DNA from: a virus
Virus record (IMG/VR): IMGVR_UViG_3300029260_000512
Coordinates: 1-42,997 of that record
Strand: one strand, 5' to 3'
DNA length: 42,997 nt
Shown here: one piece after another, positions 31,164 to 39,800 of the stretch
How positions within the stretch are numbered: position 1 is the stretch's first letter
Layout of the letters: each line of letters begins with the position of its first letter
The notes under the pieces: generated by a model
Database searches by the model: none
The model's input: only the letters and a program-made list of their open reading frames with translations
Told to the model about the DNA's origin: nothing
Position numbers and translations under genes: made by a program

Positions 31164-31179
31164 CTGTTTATACATACAG
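31164..31179. promoter_or_regulatory. LexA (SOS) box CTGTTTATACATACAG
   Basis: A perfect CTGT-N8-ACAG with an AT-rich core. It lies 41-56 nt upstream of the 31123 start, abuts a TATGAT -10-like hexamer on the minus strand and itself contains a TATAAA. Confidence 0.65.
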
Positions 31180-31534
31180 CATCATACTACACCGCATGAC
31201 GCTATTGGAAAATTGCTAAGCGGGTTTATGCGCTTGGCCGTGATCCTACTGGGCACCGCCGCTTACCCGAAATAACGCTCAACCCAGCACACCTCTATAA
31301 AAACACGGCGCACGCGCAGGGCAAGAATCCGAGCGACTTCTATGCAGAATGGGCCGCTATCGTTTCGCCTACCCCTTTATTAAAACACGCATTCTCAAAG
31401 CGCAACCTAAAACCAAACTGATGAATTTATTCATAATCTTAGGCGCAAACAGCAGACGCTTAGGCAACATATAAGCGACACTTACCAGCAACGGCAATCA
31501 CCGCCCCGGCACCCACCTGGGCATTTTTCACGCA

Positions 31535-31556
31535 CAAAAAAACCGCTGATTAGCGG
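31535..31556 (-). terminator. Intrinsic terminator ending the late operon (CCGCT-AATC-AGCGG-T8)
   Basis: Read on the minus strand, 28 nt after the 31584 stop. Confidence 0.65.
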
Positions 31557-31583
31557 CCCGTGTGCTATTGCGCTTTGTTGCCC

Positions 31584-32165
31584 TTATACCTCCCAGCTCA
31601 GCTCCTCGATGCTGTCGATCTCGCCCGCTTGCAGCTGCGCGGCGTATCGCCCCTCTAGCGCGATCAGCGCGCTGCGCCGGTAGCCAATTTGCTCGTATGC
31701 CGCTTGCACATCGGAAACCGGGTGGTCATCGTGAAACACCCCATCCGAGTCTTTCCATCCCGTGAATGTCGTCATGTTTGCAGCGGCGGCGAATTGTAGG
31801 GATTCGTTGAGGGCTTGGCGGTTGTCGGGGTCACCTGCGTACCGAATGCCGTTGATCGTCACGCCCTGTGCTTCGGCGGCTTTGCGCTGCGGCTCGATCA
31901 GCGCGGCCAGCTCAGCCCGGCGGCGTTGCTCTTTCGCTTGCTCATCCGCTAGTAACTCGACGCTCCGCAGCTTTTGCCCACCGCTGCCAGGGTAGACCGG
32001 GCGTGGCTCACCGGGCTTCTGAACGCCCGCCCACAGTCCGGCGGGGGTAGCGTAAGCGTGAACGATGGTATCAACGGCTAACGCAGGCAGCGGGATTTGC
32101 TGCCCATCGTGCTCAAGGGCGCGCCCGTCAGGCGTAGTGACAATCTGCAAATTCGACATCGGCAA
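31584..32165 (-). CDS. DUF4376-like protein (tail fibre assembly/chaperone-like)
   Basis: The C-terminal half (INGIRYAGDPDNRQALNESL...WKDSDGVFHD...VSDVQAAYEQIGYRRSALIALEGRY) resembles the DUF4376 pattern. It is the last gene of the late operon. Confidence 0.5.
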   Translation of the reverse strand: MPMSNLQIVTTPDGRALEHDGQQIPLPALAVDTIVHAYATPAGLWAGVQKPGEPRPVYPGSGGQKLRSVELLADEQAKEQRRRAELAALIEPQRKAAEAQGVTINGIRYAGDPDNRQALNESLQFAAAANMTTFTGWKDSDGVFHDDHPVSDVQAAYEQIGYRRSALIALEGRYAAQLQAGEIDSIEELSWEV

Positions 32166-33201
32166 AATCTCTCTTCAGAGTGAGTTGGTCCACTAGGTGG
32201 TTAACGGTATTCCAGCTATCGCAGTGCTTGGCGTAAGCCAGGAAGGCGTGTAGATGTTGCTGCACTTCGTCCAGGCTGGCATCACCTCTGGTATAACGGC
32301 GCTGCAGAATTTTCAGGCGGCGTTTAAAGCGCTGAATGTTGCGCTTGCGGGGCAGTATGTGGGTGGCCCATATGCGGTAGCCGCACCAATCCACGCCCGC
32401 GCTGGCAGGGCGTACTTGGGTTTTAGGGTTGAGTGATAGACCGCGCCGCTCTAGCGCCGCTTGCAGCTGGTGTAGCCGCTGCCAGGCTTCGGCTTTGCTT
32501 GGGCAAACGATCACTATGTCATCCATATAGCGCACGTATTGCCCTGCGCCGTGGTCGTCGGTCATCTCGTGATCGACGCCATCTAGGGTGGCGTTAGCGT
32601 TTAGCTGACTGCTAAGCGCGCCAACCGGTTGTCCGATGCCGTCATCATGGCCATAGCCGCGTATCATGGCGCGCCACAGTTGCAGTGTATCTGGGCAGTC
32701 AATCGTCTGAGAAATACTGTCTAGTACGGCATCATGGGGCAGCGAGTCGAAAAACTTGCTTACGTCTGCCTGTACGACGTACACACTATCCCAGCGCCGC
32801 TTAGCCTTTCTGAGCATGCGTTGCAGAGCAAGCACCCCTGCTTGGGTACCCTTTCCCTTGCGACAGGCGTAGCTGTGATAGATAAACCTGCGCTCAAATA
32901 GTGGTTCTACCAAGTCCACCACGGCGTGATGCAGCACCCGATCTTTAAACGGTGGGGCTTGAATCATCCGCATTTTAGGCTCCAGCACCACAAACTCTCT
33001 GGCGCGGCCCGGCTGCCATGTTTTGTGAACCAAGTGGTTGTGAAGGTTTAGGAGGTTTTCTTCCAGGTTGGCGGTGTATTTCACCACCTCTGGCCGGTAG
33101 CGCTTGCGCTTTCTGGCGGCATGATAGCCGCGCATGAGGTTATCGAAATCAATAATGTCTTGATAAAGCGACACCGCATTGTCCTTATGCAGTTCGTGCA
33201 A
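32128..33201 (-). CDS. DGR reverse transcriptase
   Basis: 357 aa. YMDD catalytic box (VRYMDDIVIV). PVGALSSQLNAN matches the DGR-specific (I/L/V)GxxxSQ motif. Lies immediately downstream of the TR. Confidence 0.9.
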   Translation of the reverse strand: MHELHKDNAVSLYQDIIDFDNLMRGYHAARKRKRYRPEVVKYTANLEENLLNLHNHLVHKTWQPGRAREFVVLEPKMRMIQAPPFKDRVLHHAVVDLVEPLFERRFIYHSYACRKGKGTQAGVLALQRMLRKAKRRWDSVYVVQADVSKFFDSLPHDAVLDSISQTIDCPDTLQLWRAMIRGYGHDDGIGQPVGALSSQLNANATLDGVDHEMTDDHGAGQYVRYMDDIVIVCPSKAEAWQRLHQLQAALERRGLSLNPKTQVRPASAGVDWCGYRIWATHILPRKRNIQRFKRRLKILQRRYTRGDASLDEVQQHLHAFLAYAKHCDSWNTVNHLVDQLTLKRDFADVEFADCHYA

Positions 33202-33333
33202 AATGAAACGCGGCCACCCGTAGGCCGCCGCGCTCTATTGATGTTTCGCCGTGAAGCGAGGAAAGCCGCCCCGAGGGATGTGGCACTGCCCGCCAACCCG
33301 TAGGCGGGCGGTTTCTGGCCGGTAAAGCGGTCG

Positions 33334-33444
33334 CTCGCGAGACGCGCCCCGATGTTGCTGTTCGAGTTCGACGCCGAATTGTTGCAGTTCACGTACCAAA
33401 GCCCGGCATTCGCGCCATTGCTCCAGTTGCCGCCGACGTAGGGG
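33334..33444 (-). repeat. DGR template repeat (TR)
   Basis: 111 bp, aligned without gaps to 33900..34010. It carries 24 coding-strand adenines. It would encode nine AAC (Asn) codons in the frame that corresponds to the VR reading frame. Confidence 0.9.
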
Positions 33445-33476
33445 CACATCGAAATAAGCGACTTCCCTTTCTTGCT

Positions 33477-33890
33477 CTACTTGCTGTTACTTTGCTTGCT
33501 GCGCTCGTGGCGCAGCCAGCCACCTAATATGGAGCCAAGGTCATTGATGTGCTGCGCCCAATCACGATATTGGCCGCCGGAAATATAGCCGTAGCGCTGC
33601 GCTTTTCGCACCTTGCGGCGTAGTATCTCTATCTCAATATCCAAGTCGGTGAGGGTGGTTTTCTTCTGATAGCGCTTCCAGGCAGTGAGCGTGATCCGCT
33701 CGATACGCTCAATACACAGCCGCACCTCCGCGCTGAGCAAGTGTCGCTCACTTTTCGGAAAATTCACCAGGGCTCGACGACTGTAATCTTCCAGCTCTTC
33801 CACCTTAGTGAGCATGCCCTCAAAGGGTCGAAGGTGTTGGTACGGGGCGCTACCGCGCCCCTGAGCTTGACGCTGATTTGCCTGACTCAT
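33477..33890 (-). CDS. avd: DGR accessory variability determinant (Avd-like four-helix-bundle protein)
   Basis: 137 aa and basic. Its ATG overlaps the target gene stop (ATGA). It sits between VR and TR, as in the Bordetella phage BPP-1 DGR. Confidence 0.8.
   Translation of the reverse strand: MSQANQRQAQGRGSAPYQHLRPFEGMLTKVEELEDYSRRALVNFPKSERHLLSAEVRLCIERIERITLTAWKRYQKKTTLTDLDIEIEILRRKVRKAQRYGYISGGQYRDWAQHINDLGSILGGWLRHERSKQSNSK
33844..33861 (-). promoter_or_regulatory. GC hairpin downstream of the VR (candidate DGR target-recognition cruciform)
   Basis: GGGGCGC-(4 nt)-GCGCCCC, a 7-bp stem with a 4-nt loop. It lies 38 nt 3' of the VR end, within avd. Confidence 0.5.
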
Positions 33891-35881
33891 GACACGACCC
33901 TCGCGAGACGCGCCCCGAAGAAGCTGAACGAGGCCGACGCCGAATAGCTGCAGTACACGGACCAAAGCCCGGCAATCGCGCCACCGCTCCAGTAGCCGCC
34001 GACGAAGGGGTAATACTCCCCAGCATCACGCCACCGCACGTAGTCCGGCAGCGTGGCGGTGCTGTCGTTACTGGTTGAATAGGTGTCGGGGATAAATTCT
34101 AGCGGGGCTGAATTGCGGAACGTGATGGGGTAAGTGGCGGCACCAGCGTTAGGAACGCTCTCGCCCGTACTTTGCCACGCGCCGTTATAGTCACGCCGCT
34201 CAATGACACTATTGAGCGTACGGGCTCCGTCCATCCACTGATAGACGTTACCCCATAGCCCAACGATGCCGCGATACGTCGCTTGGGCTACGTCAGCGGC
34301 ATCGACAGCGGCGGCGCTGGACTGATTAACGCGGCCCTCGCCCGTTTTCGTTTGGCTATCCATCGTCGCGTTTTCGACCAGGTATAACCACTGAATGGCC
34401 AGCCACATGTCGTAGTGGTGCAGCCTAAAGCCAGCGACGCCGCCCACGTTACGGGCCTCGGCATCTGCCAGGAACTGCGTCAAGCTGCGCGATGCCGTTG
34501 GCGTAACGCCCGGCACAGACTGCAGCTTGCCGCCGCTGAGCGATGCCTGATACTTGCCGTACTGGAATGCGGGCACCTCAGAGCCATTGAGCAAAAACGC
34601 AGGGTGCACCTCATACCCCGCCAGCGGTTGGTCGCTAATCCACCACGCGGGGTCGCCGCCTGCGGTGCCGCGCTTTACGTAGAACTTCGGCACCTCGACC
34701 ATCGCTTGGCCGTCTACCGTCACCTCCTGCATGCCGCCGAATATCGGGTGAGCGTTAAACCAAGAGGTGCTAGGAGTGGCAATGGTTGCGCCGGTATCGT
34801 CGATATGATCCCACGTACCGCCAGGGCCGCCGGTGGCGCGCAGCGCAACACCAATGACTTGGGCAGCTAGCACAGTGACGGCCTTGGTGTAGGTTGAGGT
34901 GGCCGCGCCCTTGTCGTCCACGGCGCGCACGCTAAAGGTGGCGGCTGTGTCGTCCGTCACGTCCGGGGCGGTAACGTCGATAATCTCACCCTCCGTAATG
35001 CCGGTCATTTTGGCAAACGACAGCCCGCCCGCGTCAGTGATCTGATACGTGACCGGATCGCCGTCTGGGTCACTAGCGCCGCTGAGCGATACCTGAAACA
35101 CGCTGTTCTTGGCTGCCTGCGTCGGGGCATTGATCGTAATAGGCCCGACAGGCGGGCGATTGCCCACCACTTCTGCGCTGATCGTTTGCGGGCGGCTACG
35201 GTTGCCCGCGTCATCGTACGCCCACGCTTTAGCGGTAACCGTTGAGCCAATCGGCTCGCCCACAGTGCGCGAGAGCGTGGCGCTGCCTGCCGTGGCAGTA
35301 AACTGCTGGGTCACGCCATCCCACCATCGCACAATAAAAAACGCGATGCTGCCGCCTGTGTGACGAGAGGTGCCCGATGCCGAAACCTCCCAGCTGAACG
35401 TAGCCGCTGTTTGCGCGGCGCTGCTCAGCGCCACCTCAACGGCGGTCGTCGGTGCCTGCCAGCTAAACCCACCCTCATCATCGTCCACCGTGAGAACGTA
35501 GCCCTCATTGCCGCTCAGTGCGGGCAGTGCCAGCTCTCCCGCCGCCTGATTCGCCCAGAACTCGGCCTCATTGCGCAGGGTCTGGGTTTGGTCTCTTAGC
35601 GTATTAGCGGCCTGCGCTTGCTGCTGAGCGGTGACCGCATCGTTAGCGGCATCCTCTGCGCGCTGCTCGGCTTGACGCTGCGCCTCTTCGGCCTGCTGCC
35701 GCGCTTGGTCGGTCGCATCAAATACCAGCGCCGCCCAGGTTAGCGAGCTTTGCAGGTCTTCCGAAAACTGAGGCAGTTTGCCAAAAAACGCATTGGCCGC
35801 AGGCTCGAACGCTTCGTCACCCATTTCGCGATTCGGGGCCGGGCCGGGGTTAATGATCGTGGGGGTTTCTGGAATGCTCAT
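33887..35881 (-). CDS. DGR target: tail fibre / receptor-binding protein with C-terminal C-type-lectin (FGE-like) fold
   Basis: 664 aa. It has an N-terminal coiled-coil, a middle Ig/cadherin-like segment (DPDGDPVTYQITD) and a C-terminal GLWGNVYQWMDG...GGYWSGG...FGARLA, typical of Mtd-like CLec variable proteins. Confidence 0.85.
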   Translation of the reverse strand: MSIPETPTIINPGPAPNREMGDEAFEPAANAFFGKLPQFSEDLQSSLTWAALVFDATDQARQQAEEAQRQAEQRAEDAANDAVTAQQQAQAANTLRDQTQTLRNEAEFWANQAAGELALPALSGNEGYVLTVDDDEGGFSWQAPTTAVEVALSSAAQTAATFSWEVSASGTSRHTGGSIAFFIVRWWDGVTQQFTATAGSATLSRTVGEPIGSTVTAKAWAYDDAGNRSRPQTISAEVVGNRPPVGPITINAPTQAAKNSVFQVSLSGASDPDGDPVTYQITDAGGLSFAKMTGITEGEIIDVTAPDVTDDTAATFSVRAVDDKGAATSTYTKAVTVLAAQVIGVALRATGGPGGTWDHIDDTGATIATPSTSWFNAHPIFGGMQEVTVDGQAMVEVPKFYVKRGTAGGDPAWWISDQPLAGYEVHPAFLLNGSEVPAFQYGKYQASLSGGKLQSVPGVTPTASRSLTQFLADAEARNVGGVAGFRLHHYDMWLAIQWLYLVENATMDSQTKTGEGRVNQSSAAAVDAADVAQATYRGIVGLWGNVYQWMDGARTLNSVIERRDYNGAWQSTGESVPNAGAATYPITFRNSAPLEFIPDTYSTSNDSTATLPDYVRWRDAGEYYPFVGGYWSGGAIAGLWSVYCSYSASASFSFFGARLARVVS
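33900..34010 (-). repeat. DGR variable repeat (VR) at the 3' end of the tail-fibre gene
   Basis: There are 16 mismatches to the TR, all at TR adenines. The VR ends 11 nt before the stop codon. Confidence 0.9.
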
Positions 35882-36819
35882 GTCAGCCCTACTATATCGA
35901 GTGTGCAGTTATGAAAGTGCAGGTGCGGGTACACCAAGCGCCAGTCTTCGTAAAATCCATAAATGATGGTGGGCTCGTACTGCTCTGCCCCGATCCACAA
36001 CAGCGGCTCGGAATCCCACTTAGCCAGGTAGCGCGCCAGGGCGTTGCTGCGATTGCCGTCAACGGACACCTCGAACGACGCCAGCTTGGCGTTATCGCGC
36101 TTTAGCAGGCGCACGCGCCCAAATTCGTCGCGCACGCGACGGGAAAACGACATGATGCCGGTACTAAACCCCCAGTAGAGCAAGCCAAGATCCCGCATGC
36201 GGCCCACCACGCAAAGCCCGCAACGCACTACGTCCACCTGCGCGGGCACCGTGATCCGAATATCAGCGTTGTAGCTGGGCAGCCCGGTAAATACCGCATC
36301 AGTGTCCTGCTCTACCGGCTCAAAAAAATAGGCGTAGTAGCTGTTAATGCCGACCGTGCTGCGCAAACTGCGGGTCGTGTCGTACACCACGTCGCCTCCC
36401 GAGATCACTTCAACCCGCACTTCGTTGGCCCCCTCAATGCCCAGTAGCGCCACGGCATTAACAACACGGCCAGGGCGTATCACGAACTGCAGGCCATTAC
36501 CGCCATGCACCGGCATCGGCTCGCCAGATTCGGTAGGGTCGCCAATGATGCCGTTGAACACCGCCCACTGGTTGAGGCTGCCCACTAAGATCCATTTCTT
36601 GGGTTCTTGCTGCTCACCCTCGCTAGGCAGTACGCCCGTGACCTCTGCCACTGCCTCATAGATCTCAGTACCCTCTACCACCCTATCCCCTTGTGCGCCA
36701 TTCGCGCCGGGGCTATACGCGGCGTTTGGGTCGTACTCAGGGATAGTGTCGATAGGGGCGTTAGAGCTGACTAAGCGGTCGCCAGTGATGGGGCGCGGCT
36801 CTATCACTTTAATGCTCAT
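35878..36819 (-). CDS. Tail tip / distal tail protein, assigned by position
   Basis: 313 aa, between the tape measure and the DGR target. ATGA overlap with the next gene. Confidence 0.45.
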   Translation of the reverse strand: MSIKVIEPRPITGDRLVSSNAPIDTIPEYDPNAAYSPGANGAQGDRVVEGTEIYEAVAEVTGVLPSEGEQQEPKKWILVGSLNQWAVFNGIIGDPTESGEPMPVHGGNGLQFVIRPGRVVNAVALLGIEGANEVRVEVISGGDVVYDTTRSLRSTVGINSYYAYFFEPVEQDTDAVFTGLPSYNADIRITVPAQVDVVRCGLCVVGRMRDLGLLYWGFSTGIMSFSRRVRDEFGRVRLLKRDNAKLASFEVSVDGNRSNALARYLAKWDSEPLLWIGAEQYEPTIIYGFYEDWRLVYPHLHFHNCTLDIVGLT

Positions 36820-36822
36820 GCC

Positions 36823-39800
36823 TTACTCCATGGTTTCGCGCCGCATCCGGTCAACGGTGCTGGCAATTTTGCTAGTGTGAGACGCCGTACCTTTATTGAT
36901 CGACTTCAGCTCGCCAACCTCCTTCTCCAAGTTTTCGACGTGCTTGATGAGCTGCTGAAAGGCTTTAAGCATTTCGCCACCACCACCGCCGCTACCTGCA
37001 AAATCGCGGAACGCCTGCGCCGCCGGGGCGGGCAATACGGTTTCGCTTCGGTGCAGCTCTGCCCGGTAGCCGTCAAACGGCACCGACCACAGGCCATCGG
37101 CATGACTGCCATCTAGCTGATTGGCGTAGGTTCTTCGCAGCAGGTCAGCCGCACCTGAGCCCTGCACGGTGTGCGAGCCACCCCCAGGCGTGAAGTACGT
37201 GGCCGAATCACCGTTATCTACCACCCGGTACCCGCTGCTTGATGATGACGCGGCGCTAGCACGAGAAGCCTCTGAGGCCGCCTTTGCTGCCGATGCCGCT
37301 GACGCCGCCGCCGAGGAAATGGCCGATGAAATAGCCGACTGCAGCCCGCCGATAGCCTCACCCACGCCCAGCACGCTGCCGTTGATGCTTTCCAGCCACG
37401 CCATTTGCCCTAGCTCGTTTTCAATTTGCAGCTGTTGCTGAACCAGCATTGAGTCCAGCGACTCCATTTCGCGGGCATACTGACGCTCAGCCGCTTGCAG
37501 CTGATTTTCTAGGGCCTTTAGGGACTGCTCTTCTACGCTCACTTGCGCTTCGGCGCGCTCCTCCAGCGCCGCAATCACGTTGGCGGTTTGGTAGAAATCG
37601 CGCTGGTAATCCGTAAACGACGAGAACAATCCCTCTGAGGGCTCAGATACCACCCCCAGCGCCTGCTCTAATTGCGCAGAATCACCCAGACCGCCGCTTG
37701 CCAGCGTGGACTGCAGGTAGTCTTGAGCGGCGCGGCGTGAGGCCATGCTTTCACGTCGGCGGGCATTCAGCAGCGTATCGAGCGAGTTGCTCAGCGTGTC
37801 GGCCACTGCAGTGCTTTCCTGCATCGCCTGCTGAACGGTTGAGATGTTGGCGTTAATAGAGGCGGTCGTGGCGCGGTAGGCGTTTTCCAGAATCTGCCGC
37901 TCTGCATTGACCGCCTTTTCCACCTGCTGATACGCACTCTGCACATCACCCAATGCCCAGATATGCGACTGCAATGCTTGGTTACTCGGGTCCAGGCTAG
38001 CCAGCTCGCGGCGGCGTAGCTCTGCCGTATTGCCCTGCAGAGATAACAGCTCACGTTCCAATCCGGCCCGCTCGCGGGCAATATCCGCCATGGCGCGCAT
38101 GGATTCGGCGTTGTCATCTATCGCCTCGCCTGACTCCACCGCCGCCGCCCGCTGCTCTTCCATCGCCGCGATGTACTGCGCTAGCGGCCCATTCAGTTGC
38201 AGGATTGTTGCTAGCTGCTCTTGCCCAGCCGCGCCCATCAGCTCCAGGCTTTCGACCACGTCCCGCACGCCCTCGCGGGTGGTGGGCAGCTCGCGACCCA
38301 TGCTGGCAAACGTGCTGGAAAGATCTTCGGCAAGGTGCCGCAGCTTCTCCTCTTCGGTGTAGAACGCGTCGTAGAAACTACCCAGCGAAGCGTTCAGGTT
38401 GCCGACGCCACCCATGAGCTGCGCCATGCCATCGGCGGCGCGCATAGCCCCGGCGGCGCTGGCGTCGAACTGCAAATTAAGGCGGGCGCTATTGCTGTCG
38501 AGGAGTTGCATGGCGTTAGCGGCCTGCACCACGCGCCCGGTGATTTGCTCGGCATTCAGCCCTAGGCCGCGCAGAGACGCGGAAAAATCACCGTCGATAA
38601 CATCAACGACCGCCAATGTGCGCGTGGCAAGCTGGTTAGCGATCCCGGCGGCGTCGCTGGCGTTGAGCCGCACAGCACGCACTGCCTCTGTCATCGCGTC
38701 AAGCTCTTGTTCGCTGCCCGCCACCGCTGCCAGGGCGTTATCCATCGCGGTGATGGAGTCGAGAAATGCTGTGGCATTCTCAAATCCGCCGAACGTCTCT
38801 TCTAGTCGTGCTGTCCCCTCGTCGGTAAAGCCCACCGCGCCAAACGCTCCACGGGAAACAACACCTGAACCATAGTCTTCAAAAACACCATGACCGCGAG
38901 TGTTAGAATCAACTGTAGCCAGCTCGAATTTAGGGGCGGTTTTACCGCCACCAAACAGGCTGCTAATGCCCTTAACGATGCCGTCAGTAATGCCCAGCCC
39001 TAGCACGTTATCGACCAGCAACGCGCCACCTACCCACGGCATGGCGGCGCTGGCGGCACCCATCAGGCCACCACCGCCCGCCGCTGCCGCGCCAGCAGCT
39101 GCGCTGCCAGCAAAGCCGGTATACGTGCCGGTGGCAGCAGCAGCACCAAAGCCGCTTGCATAACCAATCGGTGCGGCGGCTGAGGCACCAAAGCCCAACG
39201 CACTACCAATGCCACTAATGGCATCGCCCACGTAGGGCAGCTTTTTAGCGCCGTTGAATAGCGAGCCCATACCGTTAAGGTTGAAGCCACCGCCGCCCCC
39301 ACCGGACATGCCGGTTACCTGCTGGCCTAACAGCCCCTGCAGTTGCCCGGTAATTTGCACCGTCAGCGGGCGCAATAGCAGCGCGTTGCCAATTTCTGCA
39401 ATGCTGCTAATCAGCAAATCCTCTAGCTGATCCATCGCGTTGCCCGCGCCGGTCAGCAGCCCCTTGAACATTTCCACGCCCGCGTCATCTAGGCGTTGGC
39501 CGGTGTTCTCCACCATGTCGTCAAGAATTTGGGCAAGGTCGTTCGTTTCTAGCGCTAGCTCGTACTGCGCTTCACGCACGCCCTCTACCATGCGGGCGTA
39601 TTGGGCCGCGCCCATTTCACCCGCTGCGTAGCGTTCGTTAATCTGTTGTAGCTCAGCAGCCAGCGCCTCCACTTTCTGCCGGTGGCTGTCGTACTTGCCC
39701 ACCAGGGCGGCGGTCTGTTTTTCGTACTCTTCGGCACCGGTAGCGGCGCGCTGGTACTGCTCAGCGCTCCAGCGCACCGCTTCGCCGTAGGCTTCTTCGC

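Larger units (their letters stand above)
32128..35881 (-). mobile_element. Complete diversity-generating retroelement cassette (target-VR, avd, TR, RT)
   Basis: All four canonical components are present in the canonical order on one strand. Confidence 0.9.

Noticed and set aside
33081-33449. Track ORFs 33081..33449 (122 aa) and 33235..33447 (70 aa), on the minus strand over the TR
   Set aside because: They exist because the TR copies the 3' coding sequence of the target gene. The reading frame is TR-derived (PYVGGNWSNGANAGLW...) and has no plausible start context. The region is the noncoding DGR template and spacer.
33891-33965. N-terminal extension of the avd ORF (the track start at 33965 gives 162 aa)
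   Set aside because: The extension is an alternative frame across the VR. The ATG at 33890 overlaps the target stop codon (ATGA) and gives a typical 137-aa Avd-size protein.
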